In this document: positions 42,480 through 57,356 of the stretch, piece by piece
Layout: every line of letters starts with the position of its first letter
Position numbering within the stretch: position 1 is the first letter of the stretch
Origin: Octopus sinensis
Lineage: Eukaryota
NCBI RefSeq assembly: GCF_006345805.1
Contig: NC_043014.1
Span: 4,402,001 to 4,466,000 of the forward strand
Reading direction: 5' to 3'
Length of the DNA: 64,000 nucleotides
The notes under the pieces: model-generated
Seen by the model: only the letters and a program-made list of their open reading frames with translations
What the model was told of the DNA's origin: nothing
Databases searched by the model: none
Position numbers and translations under genes: made by a program

Positions 42480-42979
42480 GTGTGGCTGGTGGACAACTTC
42501 ATAGCCATACTGGTGGCGGAAGTAATCTCTTGTGTCTACCTAACGACCCCATTTGGGCCAATTATACGACAGGAGATACAAAAAGTGCTTACATTTATGG
42601 CAGTGAATATCAACTGGAAGTATACCCAACTAATAAACTCTTTTCTTTTGCTAACGCTGAATCAATTCATGATCACAACGTTCCGTGCGCTGTCTGTTTG
42701 ACACGACAACCTGCTGTTGTTATGATGTTACCAGCCAGGACAAAGTGTTACGCTGGTTGGACAGCTGAGTATTCGGGATATTTGATGTCCGGTCATTACG
42801 GGCATAAAGGTAAACTTGAATATGTGTGTGTGGACTATGCACCAGAAGCTGATCCAGCGGGTTACAGAAACGAAGATGGAGCTCTACTGTATTTCGTTCA
42901 AGCTGCTTGTGGTTCATTGCCATGTCCACCGTATGTCAATGTTCGAGAATTAACCTGCATTGTGTGCAGTAAATATTGA
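42480..42979 (+). CDS. Gene G4 exon 4; spliced CDS 771 nt, 256 aa
   Basis: ttctAG acceptor, intact frame to TGA. Confidence 0.9.
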
Positions 42980-45210
42980 ATAGAAATTTACATTCGTTTC
43001 TATATGAAAATTTATGTCGGCGAATCATAAAATATAATATAATAGAGCAACATATACGTTTCTTGTAATTGTGTTTCGCAATATTTTATCCGACTAATAT
43101 ATGTCGTTAAATAAATTGCTGCTACAAGTTTTCAGAAAATATTCAAAACGAAACAACAGAGACGTAATAGAATGTGACAAATAGCTTAACCGAACGATGT
43201 AATCCTCAGGGAATGATTCTAGAATACATTTTATGAGGTTCAGTTTATCAAATTTAAAAGTTGAAATAAAATGATTCGTTTAAATGTGTTGCATTCCGTC
43301 TTAAAATGAAAACAATCCCCAAATGAAACACCTCCGTACAAATATATCACCCTTTCATGATCAATCTTCAAAAAACACGATAAAAGCTTATAACTAACAT
43401 CACTAAATCATGATGGGTTAGTAAAAAACAACTCCCATACGTATCATTGTAACTACAATCGATGCGATGAAAGCTCTGCAATCCAATCGCGGATATTACC
43501 TAATAAAGGATATTTGATATCCACTGAAGAAATACCACAAAATGTTGACTACCTAACTACTTGTCAGGTGTTTCACGAAACACTTTCGAAAAGGGTACAA
43601 GTACACGTCCCACGATTAACTATTTTCAACCTACATTCACATATTCCCACTCTTCTACAAAAATCACACACACACAGCCTCGCATCACATTACACACGCA
43701 GCCTCTCATCGTTCCCTGAACACTGATGTGCCAAAATAAAATATGAAACCGCCAAGAAATATGAGTAGACATCAGGAACAGCATCAACCGAATCTACAGC
43801 AACACCACAAAACATCGAGTTCAACAAATTATCTCCGTCTGTAGCATAAAACTATCAAACTCGCAGAAGAGGAACTTGCTTCGAGATACATGCATACAAT
43901 AACTGTAACACACATAAACGACTTAGTAAGGAAAGGAAGACGACTTATAAAATATACATTAGGTGGAATCAGTGCAACATGTTGAGTCTTTCACACTCTA
44001 CCCAGCATGATTGCTCCTTGTATGTGGGAGTTTGTAGAATGGCTGCCAGATAAACGAAGGTATCCGTGGAAAGAGGGATCTGTGGGTGGCAGCACGTTTT
44101 TTGTCCGATTAATTGCGTGCCATAAGAATGCTCGATTGTGAAAAAGCGTGAGAAAAAGAATATTTATTAAGTAATATGAAAGCACGAAATGCAAATTGAC
44201 AAATGAATATATGGAAACATTCAACATGGCGTTTCCAGTGAACAGTATTAGCGCTCAGTATTAGGCATAAGCAATTTTTAGGTTCGTTAAAATGTGCTAA
44301 TGGCATATTTCAAACTCTAAAGGCAAATTCTGTGCAAAAAGCTGCAAAAACAGCATATCAGTCCAGTGCTGCTCCCCATCGGGTTCCAGTTCAGCCGTAA
44401 TCAAGAGAAAATACCGAAGAGGGGAATATCTGGACAAACTTAAAGCCATACCTTTAACCTAAACATAGTCAACAACAACGAGTAAGTGACGCCATTAGAG
44501 CGCCAGGCTGTAGTCTGTCGTGAGTGCCTGCATTTTCCCCGCATATTTGTGTGTATGTTAGTGTGTGTGTGTGTGTGTGTGTGTGTGCGCATGTGTCCAT
44601 GTGTGTGTATGTGTGTGTGTGTGTGTGTCAGCGTGTGTGTGTGTCAGTGTGTGTGTCAGTGTGTGTGAGTCACGATGTGTGGGTCATTGTGTGTGAGTGT
44701 GTGTGTCAGTGTGTGTGTGTGTATCAGTGTGTATGTGTGTGTGTGTGTCAGTGTATGTGTGTGTGTGTGAATGTGTGTGTGTGAATATGTGCGTGTGTTT
44801 CAGTGTGTATGTGTGTTTGAGTATGTCAGTGTATGTGTGTGTGTGTGTATGTGAGTGTGTGTGTGTGTGTGTGTCAGTGTGTGTGTGTGTATGTCAGTGT
44901 GTGTATGTGTGTCAGCGTGTGTGTGTGTATGTCAGTGTGTGTGTGTGTGTCAGTGTGTGTGTGTGTGTGTATGTCAGTGTGTGTGTGTGTGTCAGTGTGT
45001 GTGTGTGTGTATGTCAGTGTGTGTGTCAGTGTGTGTGTGTGTATGTCAGTGTGTGTGTGTGTGTGTGTGTGTCAGTGTGTATGTGTGTTTGTATTTGTGT
45101 GTGTGTGTATCGGTGTGTGTGTGTTTGCGTGTGTGTGTGTTTCAGTGTGTGTGTGTTTCTCAGTGTGTGTGTGTGTGTGTCAGTGTGTGTTTGTTTCTCA
45201 GTGTGTGTGT

Positions 45211-45251
<41 letters not shown>

Positions 45252-45682
45252 TTTGTGTCTGTGTATTTGTTGGTTGACCGAAATACTTCCCACACTGAAT
45301 ATTAAAACAGTTTCCCAAGAATAACAAATAAAATTAAATAACAACATTAGTAAATAAATATATCATAATATATCCAGAAACAGGAATCATTTCACTTTAC
45401 ACGTGTCTCTCATTCATCAAATTATTTTGCTAATTATTGTGTGACAATATCAAACCATCTCTTTCCAATAATTAAACCTGTCAGACAAGTTCACACCCGC
45501 TTTTACGGTTCCACCAATCGCATTGGTTCATAAATTTACGATAAGATCTCTGCCAGAGCTGGGTTGTTGTGCGCTCAATAAATACGTGGAATTCAGTTAC
45601 AGGTCTTCAGCTTAAACCTCGCATCTCGATCTTTTGTTGAAGCCACACGAAGTATCACGTACGACCGACAACTGTCACCAGA

Positions 45683-45826
45683 ATGGATTTCGCACAACTG
45701 TCCAGGAATATTTCGCAGCGTTATTCCATTTCTTCTCTCATAGCTTTTGGGGTTTTTCTCGTTCTGACGATCGTGATTCTTCATCAAGATTCAAGAATAG
45801 GAAAAATGGAAGAGAAATCGAAAACG
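45683..45826 (+). CDS. Gene G5/6 exon 1
   Basis: Same as the other exon 1 copies except one L>F change (GVFLV); GTAAGT donor. Confidence 0.8.
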
Positions 45827-46300
45827 GTAAGTCATGGATTTTTTGTTAATATATGTACGTCTTTATGAATTTATATATGCATGTATGTATGTATGCATTT
45901 ACGTATGTACGTATTAATATGTGGATGTATGTACGTACGGATGGATGGATGGATGTAAGGATGTATGCATGAATCACGTACATATGTTCCTATGGAGGAC
46001 ACACACACACATAAGATCACACACGTAATCACACACGAACACACAGGCGCACACACCTAAGCATACATATATATACATATACGCATATTTGTATATATAA
46101 TATACATATATATGTATATATAAATATACATACATATGAATATATTAGTGCGTGAACATATATAGATATATATATACAAACAAATATATGCGTGTGTGTA
46201 TCTATCACTGTATCTCTCTGTCTATCTCTCTCTCTCTCTGTCTATCTCTCTGTCTATCTCTCTGTCTATCTCTCTCTCTCTATTTATCTATATATATATA

Positions 46301-46340
<40 letters not shown>

Positions 46341-46702
46341 TATATAAATATATTCTTTTACCCGTTTCAGTCATTTGACTGCGGCCATGCTAGAGCACTG
46401 CGTTTAGTAGGACAAATCGACTTCAGGAATTATTCTTTGTAAGCCTATTGCTCATTATATCGTTATCTCTAGCCGAACCGCTATGTAACGGGGACGTAAA
46501 CACACCGACATCAGTTGAGAATCGATAGTGGTGCGACAATAACAGACACATACATAAAACATAGATACATACACACTATGTGTGCTATACACACACAAAC
46601 ACACACACACAAACACACACACATACATCTATATATATATATATATATATACATATCATATATACATACACACATATATAGTTTCGTATGTACGTACATA
46701 CA

Positions 46703-46760
<58 letters not shown>

Positions 46761-46790
46761 CATATCTATCTATCTATCTATCTATTTATC

Positions 46791-46844
<54 letters not shown>

Positions 46845-46878
46845 ACTATCTATCTATCTATCTATCTATCTATTTATC

Positions 46879-46909
<31 letters not shown>

Positions 46910-46921
46910 CTATCTATATAC

Positions 46922-46981
<60 letters not shown>

Positions 46982-46997
46982 ATATATATATGTATAT

Positions 46998-47076
<79 letters not shown>

Positions 47077-47751
47077 TATATATGTATATATACATATACA
47101 CACATCCCAAGGAAACACAAAAAAGAGTGGAATTGTACTCCTGTCCGATCGCTCTTTCACCAGATATAATCTAATGGTGGGGTTCTAGCATGGCCATGCC
47201 CTGTCGCTGCAACGTTTAGCCCTATTAATATTAGTGTTAAGTATTATATCAAGATGTACACTTACACACACGCACAGAAACAAACACATACAAACACACA
47301 CACACACACACACATATGAATACGTACATATTTACACACATTTATCTATTTCTCTCCATCAGGAACGGAAGTGAGGCGAGTTTTTTTGAATCTTTTCTTT
47401 CCAACTGAAAATAAAACGTGCGAGTGCCAATGTAGATCGGTGAATTTCGTAATGTTTGACTGTAATTCACGTTGGTTTTTATATATGACAATATGTATGA
47501 ACGAATCTAAATACATACACACAGACACACGGACAAACACACGCACAAATAAACACAAACACACACACATACGCACGCACACAGACACACGTGCTCAATT
47601 GTACACGAACAATCACACTATACAGTGTATGTCCACTCACATATATGTGTGCGTTTGTGTGTGTGTATGCGTATAAGTAGATACGTATATTTGTGATATT
47701 TACGGTGTGTATGCCTAAGTATACGTGTATACGTATATATTGATATGTATT

Positions 47752-47825
<74 letters not shown>

Positions 47826-48216
47826 TATACACATACATGTATGTATGTCTGTGTGAAGACGCAGTGGCCCAGTTGTTTGGGCAGCGGACTCAAGATTGTA
47901 GGATCGCGGTTTCGATCCTGTTTTGCTGGGGATTAAAGCTCCACGAGGCTCAGGGAGTGGGTTGTTGTGATCTCTGCTGTACTCTTTCGCTACAACCTTC
48001 TCCCTTTCTTCTGTTGGCCTGCTCGCTTAGCCAGCGGGGTGGCGTCATTTGAAGGCTAAAACAATGCGATGCGCATTGTGACCAGCGATGTGTAGCAAAA
48101 ACTGATAGCCTGGTCTGTAACGGTGATCACGGAGAAATATGTATCATACGCACACAACACACACACACATACACACGTACATACACACACACCAGCACAG
48201 ATGTCCACATACACCT

Positions 48217-48434
48217 ATTTCATTATTACCCACAAGGGGCTAAACGCAGAGGGGACAAACATGGACAGACAAACAGATTAAGTCGATTATATCGACCCCA
48301 GTGCGTAACTGGTACTTATTTAGTCGACCCCAAAAGGATGAAATGCAAAGTCAACCTCGGCGGAATTTGAACTCAGAACGTAACGGCAGACGAAATACCG
48401 CTAAGCATTTCGCCCGGCGCGCTAACGATTCTCC
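48217..48434 (-). mobile_element. SINE (third family) flanked by a ~95-100 bp direct duplication
   Basis: Minus strand has B-box-like GAGTTCAAATTCC and core TTTCATCCTTTTGGGGTCGA..AAGTACCAG. It is absent from the paralogous introns. Confidence 0.7.
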
Positions 48435-49428
48435 GTGATCACGGAGATATATCTATCATACGCACACAATTCACACACACACACACATACACACGTACAT
48501 ACACACACACCAGCACAGATGTCCACATATACCTTTAACGAACTATATTCATACAGATACGCACACACTTATACACACATGGGCACAGACACACATGCAC
48601 ATACACGTACTTAAACGCACACACGCACACAAGCACACGCACGCACATTACTCCCACACAACTCCAAAACACCCCACACACACACGCATGCATAAATTCA
48701 CATACACACCGATACATATACATACACGCAATATATGCCTACACGCGCACACACACATACACATACGTATACACATATAGACACAGACACACACACACGC
48801 AAAAACATGCGCGCACATACGCTCGCACACACGCACACGAATGTACACACCGAAAACTCACAACCCCACGGATACACGTATATACACAATTATATACGCT
48901 TACACACACATATACGCACACAAAACTACACGCACATATAAGACACACGCGCTTACATACACACACACACAAATGTACCCACACATACGTCCCATACACA
49001 CGGCACACAATTATACATACATGTATACACACAAACGCACAGTTACTCACCACACAAACTCTACGCATACACACTCAAACACACTACAAACAAAACACAC
49101 ACATACACACACACACGTGTCATCATTGCACACATACCCACATACCCACATACACACACACGTACACATACACTAAGTAAAGCACAGTTATTCGCCACAC
49201 AACCTAACTCTACGCCTACTCACACGAACACACACATTCATACACGCACACACAATACAAACAAAACACACACACGAAACATATACATACACGCACACAC
49301 ACACATACTTCAAACTAGCAGTACCTACAACTTGACCTTCGGTAGAGACAAAGGAATCCACGCCCAATTCCTTCTTCCTTGACCTTAACACTACTAGCCC
49401 TACAACACGCAAAGATTAACAGCCACAA

Positions 49429-49463
<35 letters not shown>

Positions 49464-49840
49464 TCATCATTGCACTCATACACACATACACACATACACA
49501 CACACACAGACCTACGCGCACACTCTTATCCACACTTACACACACATTCCTCCTCCTCTACCACTCTCCTGTCTTTGAAAGAACTTTTCATCACCCATTC
49601 CCTTCACGCCATTCAAAATGTGACGGCGTGTGTACCGTTGGCGATCTTTTTTCCTCTGTCTTCCCTCCTCTGGATCTTTCCTTCTCGTATGTTTCCGACG
49701 AAGAGCTCCACCCGAAACGTTAAACCCTCCTTCTTTCCTTCTTTCCTGAGCGTCCAATAATACTATATTTGTTCCACGTCCTCGCGTTTATGTTTTTTGT
49801 GCTTTCTTGTTTGCATTATATTTAACTATATATATACATG

Positions 49841-49925
<85 letters not shown>

Positions 49926-50011
49926 ACAATTGAGGGTAAAATTAATTAATTAATCAATTTCATCAAGTGTTCAGTATGTAAAAGGACCATTTAAGGCGAA
50001 TTCAAAATATT

Positions 50012-50597
50012 ACATTATAGAATTAGGGCTTAGTAAAATAAATTACTTTGCCACATACTGAACTTAGTAGAAATAGCAGCCAAAAAAAAAAAAAAAAAAA
50101 AAATTTTGTTAGCATTTCTACTACTTAAAGAAAGTTTCTCTCAGATAATGTTTACTCCAGACAGCTCACGAAGGTTTGGGGGTAAATACAGAAAAATATC
50201 ACAAGTACATAGATCGTTTGAGTACGTCAACGTTTCAAGATTAGTTTCAACTGTTTAGTTGGAGTGGTTCATCTGAAGCGACAAGTTCGCTGATAGGTAA
50301 AGTTCCTTCTTTTTAGTGTTTCCAAATCCAAATTAAGAAATTTTGAGCTGACGAAAGAAATGCTGATTTTATTTGGCTAATCTTGAAACGTTGACGTACT
50401 CAAACGATCTATGTACTTGTGATATTTTTCTGTATTTACCCCCAAACCTTCGTAAGCTGTCTGGAGTAAACATTATCTGAGAGAAACTTTCTTTAAGTAG
50501 TAGAAATGCTAAGAAAATTTTTTTTTTTTGGCTGCTATTTCTACTAAGTTCAGTATGTGGCAAAGTAATTTATTTTACTAAGCCCTAATTATATAAT

Positions 50598-50599
<2 letters not shown>
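50012..50599. repeat. Near-perfect inverted repeat (~225-230 bp arms, ~130 bp spacer) within a TA run
   Basis: Arms 50012-50244 and 50377-50599 are reverse complements with few mismatches. Confidence 0.9.
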
Positions 50600-50645
<46 letters not shown>

Positions 50646-51403
50646 ATGTGTGTGTGTGGAGAAATATGTGTGTATAAATATGTGTGTGTGTGTGTGTGTG
50701 TGTGTACTAGCAGACGTACCCGGTATTGCTGGGGATTAAAATGGCAAAGTTGGTATATAATATATTCCAGTCATTTTGAAACAGGTGATATTGGAAAGTG
50801 TAACATTGACAACAAAACATTTGTAGAGTAAATGCTGGGCTAATTCGACTAAGCAACATGCTATGCGTCCGTTTGGAGTGTTTCAGGCCCTAACCTGTCA
50901 TGCAAAATTAGAGGTGGGGTTTGTGTGATTTTTGAACGCACCGTAAAGCTGTCAGTGGATATACTCTCCTTTGCAGCAGTATGCGCTGTATCTAACACGG
51001 CCCATCATCGTAAATTTTGACACCTCACGTCGGGTTTGATGTCCTATATCACTCATAGTGCAAATTTGGAGTAACTGTGGTTGTTCATTCGCGGGTACCA
51101 GGGAACCATTGAGGGGATAGAGTTGCCATTGAACTTTGACGTCGGCGTAAATTCATGTTTATCTATCTTCTTAGATTCACCAAACGATGTCATTTGAAAT
51201 TCAGTGTTGTATTGTCTGATATTGTTCAGAAAATCGTTTGACGGGATGGAAGCGCCTTCTAGAAGATTCCTAAGGGGTTGAGATGGTATTGCTTGCAATG
51301 ATACCTGACCGAATATGTTGTCATCTATTGCATTGTTTTAAGTTCTAAACGATAATAAATATCCTGAAGTTCTATTTATATGATGCTATTTCTGTTTTCA
51401 CAG

Positions 51404-51455
51404 AACCGTTTCATCTCCAAGAAATCTCTCGACGATAAACCTGATGATACGCCAA
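51404..51455 (+). CDS. Gene G5/6 exon 2a (52 nt, NRFISKKSLDDKPDDTP)
   Basis: ttttcacAG / GTAAGA. Confidence 0.75.
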
Positions 51456-51749
51456 GTAAGAACTAATTTTATAGATAAAGAATTTTACCCGTGTTTCCTT
51501 AACTAATGATTTAAAACTTCACCAACTTTGAATTAGTTCCACATTACTATCCATATTTCCACAATAATATATACTAAGACACTTGCCTGAATTTATTTCA
51601 AAATATGTTCTATTTACAATAATTTCCTAAATAAAATGTTACTCTAATATACTAGCCATTTATTGTGTGTATATGAGTAAATATGCAGTGCTACGTCGAG
51701 AATTGTTTCGGCCCGCACGGTTCATCCGAGTGTGCACTTCACCGAGTGT

Positions 51750-53652
51750 CCGAGGCGGCCGGTATGTTCACAGTGAACAAATTAGAGTGCTCAGAGCGAG
51801 CCCCGCCGGCTTGCATACGAAAAGCATGGAATGTCCTCTCCATCTGATAATCAAATGCCCGAGCTGGCGCTTCACTGCGTTTATATCTACAATTCAGCAT
51901 TCTGTTCACACTTGTGCTCCAATCATTCGTGAATAGAGACCCGAAATAATGATCTTCCATTTTCCTACAGAGTGCATATTTGTCAGTCATGCCTTGGGGT
52001 ACTCGTCAGCCAACCAATTCAGTGCACGTTGTTGGTGACCATCAGACGAATCAGGTAGCAGCATGTCGTCTACAAATAACAGTCGACCGATCACGCAGAG
52101 ATGAATTGGGATACCTCTACCACAATGGCTGCGCATATTCAACCAGATCACAAAAAGAATGTGAGAAGGGGCACTAACAATGCACACTTCAACTAAGTGA
52201 AACCTTCACGTTGAAAACTTTCGACTTTTACATAAATACAAACATTTGAACATCCATATAAGTTCTTTATGGCAAACCGTATTTGCACATTAAACTCACC
52301 TTCATGGTAAATCACCCACAACATGCCCCAGGGCACGTGATCGTATGCCTTTTCGTGGTTTACAGTGTATTCCTCTTGGAAATGCTTCAACGTTTTCTGG
52401 AAGATCTATCTTTGAACGACTCTCTGGTCGGGTGTACTGCAACCAGGACAGTAATCTTGGGCGCGACAATTTCCCCACTTATCGTTTCCTGACATCTAGA
52501 ATAGACTTTTCGATAATTAGAACACAATCTTTGGTCTCTGTTTGAAAAAAATTGTGATTGTCACCCCATATTACCATTGCCTTGGTGTTTTTCCCAGGGT
52601 TCCCATCCACCTAGCATACATGGGTCACTCAGAGAATACCATCTGTATTTAAGGTTTCTAAAATATCAAGCCGAACGTGCTTTTCACCAGCAGCTTTATC
52701 ACTTTTAAGTGAGTTTAGCTCAAATAAGCGTTCAACCGAAGAAGAACCTGACGAATATAATAATACAATCACGAATCCATTTCGATATCCAACTTCATTC
52801 AGGCGGGTCACTCTCAATTTGGATGCAAAAGTCTCCACAATTTTGTTTCTGATCCCAGCATCCACTGCGGCTGCCAACTGTATTCTGTAAGTCGAGCTGG
52901 ACTTACCAATTTCTAGTGTTCGGCACTAGAACATTTAGGTAGTGACGAGTTGATAACTCCACCCGTCCTCTTACACAAACGTTCAGCAAAGAGTGGAAGA
53001 TGACCGAACTCTATCAGAAACCTCTGTCACCAAGTATTTCTATTCCAGGTACCCTTATAAATATCCCTGTCTTAAAATAATATCCATACCATAGAGTGGA
53101 GAGTGTGTATCCTGCACAGAAGGCTGCTATGATCTCTCCATTAAGTTCACTGACGACATTCCTTTCAATCAATCCTTCTCACGGTTATCAGTGCCAAGGT
53201 GTGCACTGAAGTCTCCTTGCAGGACAAATGACTTTACCCCAAATATATCTAAAGCTGAGGTGAATTTGCTTAGGAAGGATTTGTATTTGACCTCGGTGTT
53301 TGCTGCATATACTTACAGCAGCCACAGTGGTCCTTCGTATTCAGCCTTAGCTTCAAGAGGTGAACCCACACACCTAGTAGGTTTCACTCCATAATACAAT
53401 CCGAAAGCTGGGGATTTAGGGTATTCTTATCCCACCTGTGCAGACATTGTTGGCACCACAGTTGCGTAGTGGAGTTCAAAGCCTATATCCAGGTGTACGC
53501 TATCGGAGAAAGGAAATTTTGTAGAGGAGACACCGATTATATCTTACAGGCAGATTATATCTAACAATTTCGACGTTTTAATTCTCAATTATTAAAGGTT
53601 GTTCCCTTCTTGATCTGCTTTGTTGTCCCGAGACCGTCAATATTGTGCTCCC
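51750..53652 (-). mobile_element. Degenerate RTE-clade LINE remnant ('Y' lineage), truncated at the 53653 junction
   Basis: HEKAYDHVPWGMLWV and LLFVDDMLL RT motifs; collinear with 22540-24456. Confidence 0.72.
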
Positions 53653-53700
53653 ATCAAAAACGGTAAGTCATGGATTTTGTGTTAACATATGTATGTCTGT
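53653..53700 (+). pseudogene. Orphan 3' tip of an exon 1 plus its donor and intron start, fused to RTE remnant (deletion junction)
   Basis: ATCAAAAACG|GTAAGTCATGGATTTTGTGTTAA matches 3723-3755. The sequence to its left matches the RTE remnant up to gtgctccca (cf. 24448-24456). Confidence 0.85.
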
Positions 53701-53719
53701 ATGCATGTATTTATGTAGG

Positions 53720-54000
53720 TATGTGTGTGTGCGTGTGTGTAAATATGTGTGTGTGCGTGTGTGTAAATATGTGTGTATGTATTATGTATGTGTGCGTGTG
53801 TGTAAATATGTATGTGTGCGTGTGTGTAAATATGTGTGTATGTATTATGTATGTGTGCGTGTGTGTAAATATGTGTCTGTGTATTATGTATGTGTACGTG
53901 TGTGTAAATATGTGTGTATGTATTATGTATGTGTGCGTGTGTGTAAATATGTGTGTATGTATTATGTATGTGTGCGTGTGTGTAAATATGTGTGTGTGTA
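53720..54000. repeat. ~39-bp minisatellite (gtgtgcgtgtgtgtaaatatgtgtgtatgtattatgtat)
   Basis: Several tandem full and partial units visible. Confidence 0.8.
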
Positions 54001-54072
54001 TGGATTGATAGATTTGCGGATAGACAGACAGAGAGACAGATAGATAGATAGGTAGGTAGATAGACAGACAAT

Positions 54073-54121
<49 letters not shown>

Positions 54122-54188
54122 TACATAGAAGGATAGATATATATAGATAGATAGATAGACAGACAGCAGACAGATAGATAGATAGATA

Positions 54189-57008
54189 AGTTTCTTTATT
54201 GGCCACACAGGGATGCACACAGATGGGACAAGTTACAAGGTAGAGCTTTTCTTTTGGGGGATGAAGAGAACAAAAAACAAAAGAAAAAAAATGGGGGTGG
54301 CGTAGGTTTTCGATCAAGAGGGATCGTAAAAGAGGAAAAAAAAGAACGATCAATAGGGATCGTGTATCACAGTGTTATGATACATGGTGTAAAGAGGAAA
54401 GCAAGTAAGGTTTATCCGTGGGAAGAAAAGCCTACGAAAAAGACCACGGTAACCTTGGTCAATATTGTTATATGTTACCACATTTGTTTGCAAGTGGGTA
54501 ACCCTCTGTTTTCAATTTCTGGGTTCATAGGATTATGCTCAAGGTGGCTTCGTCATTCATACGTGCCATCCTTGCTACATTCACCCATCTTTTTTTAAAA
54601 CATTCGCTAGACAAAACTTGCCTCTCTACTCTCACTTTCCTTTTCAAGTGGTACTTGAAGAAGTTGATGGGAGATTGACCAGAGAGGAGAGTGTTTGTCT
54701 CCAATCCTTTCAGACGCGTCCACCAGATACATTCTTTCGCCATAGCCACAAGGATGATGAAAATAGCTCTTCCTTCCCGTTTGAAGGAAGGAGGCGTGAC
54801 AATATTGACGATAGACTCAGCTGATAAACCGACACGTCCCACACGTGACAGCAGCTGTTCGACATAAGCCCACAGGTCGGAAATTGTTGGACACTGCACG
54901 GGTGCGTGCAGAACGGTTTCGTCGCTCTGACCGCATCTCGGGCAGGTCGGCCCCGTGTTTCTCGAGCCGTGTCTGTAGAGCTTATCCCGAACGGGTAGCG
55001 CTTCTCGGTCGCACTGCCAGGCCAGGGATCTCTGGAAGTTGTCCATGGGCCCTGGCCCGAAAGTCGTCCTGAACAGGCGGGTCAGAGACTCCTCGTCGAC
55101 GTCCAGGTTTGCCCCGAGGTCGTCGTCGTACCTCCCCTCCACTAATCCCCTATAGAATGCTTTGGTTGTGTTGAAGTCACTCAAGGTCGACCCGGGACGG
55201 CAGAGTTGCTTGAGAGCAACGCGACACTCGCGGTGCCATTCGCCCTTCCTCGGCCTCTTTTTGATCCACGACTGCAGTTCGGTCATGGAGACGAGCTGCG
55301 GGAAAGCGTGCCTCACAAACGGCGACCACACCTGTTCACCGTCGTCTACATAGAGCCAGAGATGTCGCAGTCTCGGCGCGTGTCTGCGCATCATCAACCA
55401 CGGCATACCCAGCCCTCCTTTTAACGGGTGTTGACAGCAAATGGATCGCCTGACCATCGGGACGCATCCTTTCCACAAGAAGCGAAAGAGAATGCGTTGT
55501 AGTTTGGTGATGGTAGGGTCGGGACAAGGTACGACGGATAGGCGGTAGTAGATGACGGACGCGATGTACGTGTTCGCCACCTCCGCCCGACCTTTTAGGG
55601 ACAGTTTCTTCTCGGCCCATTGCCGGGCGAGAGTGACCACCCTACTCGTTATCTCGTTCCAGTTCTTCTCCACTTGGAGGTCCGGACCAAACTAGACCCC
55701 GAGCAACTCAACCGGGCCGTCGGTCCAGCGTCCCACGACGGAGGCGCTGGTGGACGGCATGGGCTTGCTTCTCCAGGTGCCTAGTCGCAAGCCCACTGAC
55801 TTTTCCCGGTTGATTTTCGCTCCTGTCACCGCTTCGTAGTTTTTCAGTGTCTCGCCGACCAGCTCGATGTGCTCGTGGCTAGACACTATGACGGTGACGT
55901 CGTCCGCGTATGCAGACACGCTCGTCCCGCATCCCAGTTCTCGCGGGATGCCCCTCAAAGTTGCCAGCTTCCGCAATAATTGCTCGAGAGTCAATACGTA
56001 TAGAAGCGACGAGAGGGGGCATCCCTGACGGACCGAACGTGCGATGTCGAAGGGTCTCGATAGATGTCCATTCACGCGAAATACCGAACGGATACCTCTG
56101 TACAAAGCGGCTATCCAGCCGCGGAAGACGGGACCGAAGCCTGCCGCTCTGAGGACCGCCTCCAAGTATCGATGGTCTACCCTATCGAAAGCTTTCGATT
56201 GATCAAGATTGATCAGCGCCCCACCCATGCCAGGTTCGTTAACTACCCTGTCTATGATGTAGCGCATCAGGTGGAGGTTGTCATGGATGGTCCGGCCCGG
56301 CACGGCGCATGTTTGCGCCCTGTCGACCAGTTTCTCGATGACAAGCGCCAACCTCTTGGCTAGCACCTTGGCCAAAATTTTCAAGTCTGCATTAAGTAGA
56401 GTGATGGGCCTAAAGTTATCTATTACATTTCCCTTGTTTAGATCTTTCTTCAGCAGTGTTACAGCTCCTCGGCTCACAAAACCAGGAATGCTCCCGTTTT
56501 GCTGCCAGTTGCAGTACACCGCCGCCAAGAGATCTCCAAACAAGTCTGGCATACAATTGTAAAGCTTGTAGGGTAGACCATCCAAACCCGGTGATTTGTC
56601 CCTCGAGCATTCTGCCATCGCCTCCTGCACTTCCGCCGCCGTACCTTCGCAGCACCCTGCCTTTCTTGTCGAGAGTCGTGGTAGGCTATGTAGGTGGGCA
56701 CTGAAGTCCACCCTACGTTCTTGCCCTCCACTCGTCCCGAACAGTCGGGCAAAATGCTGCTGAAAGGCCTCACACATTTTACTTGGCTCAAGCAATTCGT
56801 GCCCCTGTTCATCTACCAGGGACCGAATGGTGGCTTTGCTGCCCTGTTGCGCCTCTGCCACCCGGGCCTCTCTCGCGGCTCCAACACCTTCGTTCCTTAG
56901 AGCACGCATCCTAGCTCTGACAGCACATCTTCGTGCTTGGCGTTGAAGTGTTGGTCGAGGGCCAACCTCGCCGCCAAAACGTCGGATGCGATGCCGCTTC
57001 TAATTGCC

Positions 57009-57009
<1 letters not shown>
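54189..57009 (-). mobile_element. 5'-truncated Tx1/L1-clade LINE (RT plus C-terminal zinc finger), inserted in (GATA)n
   Basis: ORFs 56909-55692 and 55673-54525 are one frame split by a single TAG (LGV*FGP). Motifs KSPGLDG, FRPITLLN, DQSKAFDRVDH, RQGCPLS, YADD and CPRCG..ETVLH...C. The 3' UTR ends AATAAAGAAAC followed by (TATC)n. Confidence 0.93.
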
Positions 57010-57062
<53 letters not shown>

Positions 57063-57138
57063 GGATAGATTAGATAGATGGATAGATAGATAGATAGATA
57101 TAGAGATAGATACATAGATAGATAGATATGTAGATAGG

Positions 57139-57170
<32 letters not shown>

Positions 57171-57227
57171 GAGATAGAGAGATAGACAGACATACAGACA
57201 GACAGACAGACAGACAGACAGATAGAT

Positions 57228-57286
<59 letters not shown>

Positions 57287-57356
57287 CAGACATACAGACA
57301 GACAGACAGACAGACAGATAGATAGATAGATAGATAGATATATAGATAGATAGATA
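57010..57356. repeat. (GATA/GACA)n microsatellite separating the two Tx1 copies (also 54005-54188, 58568-58700)
   Basis: Directly visible. Confidence 0.95.

Noticed and set aside
55692-55694. TAG in the Tx1 RT frame that A-to-I editing could recode to Trp
   Set aside because: The element is 5'-truncated (no promoter, ORF1 or endonuclease); an ordinary TGG>TAG mutation is the simpler explanation.
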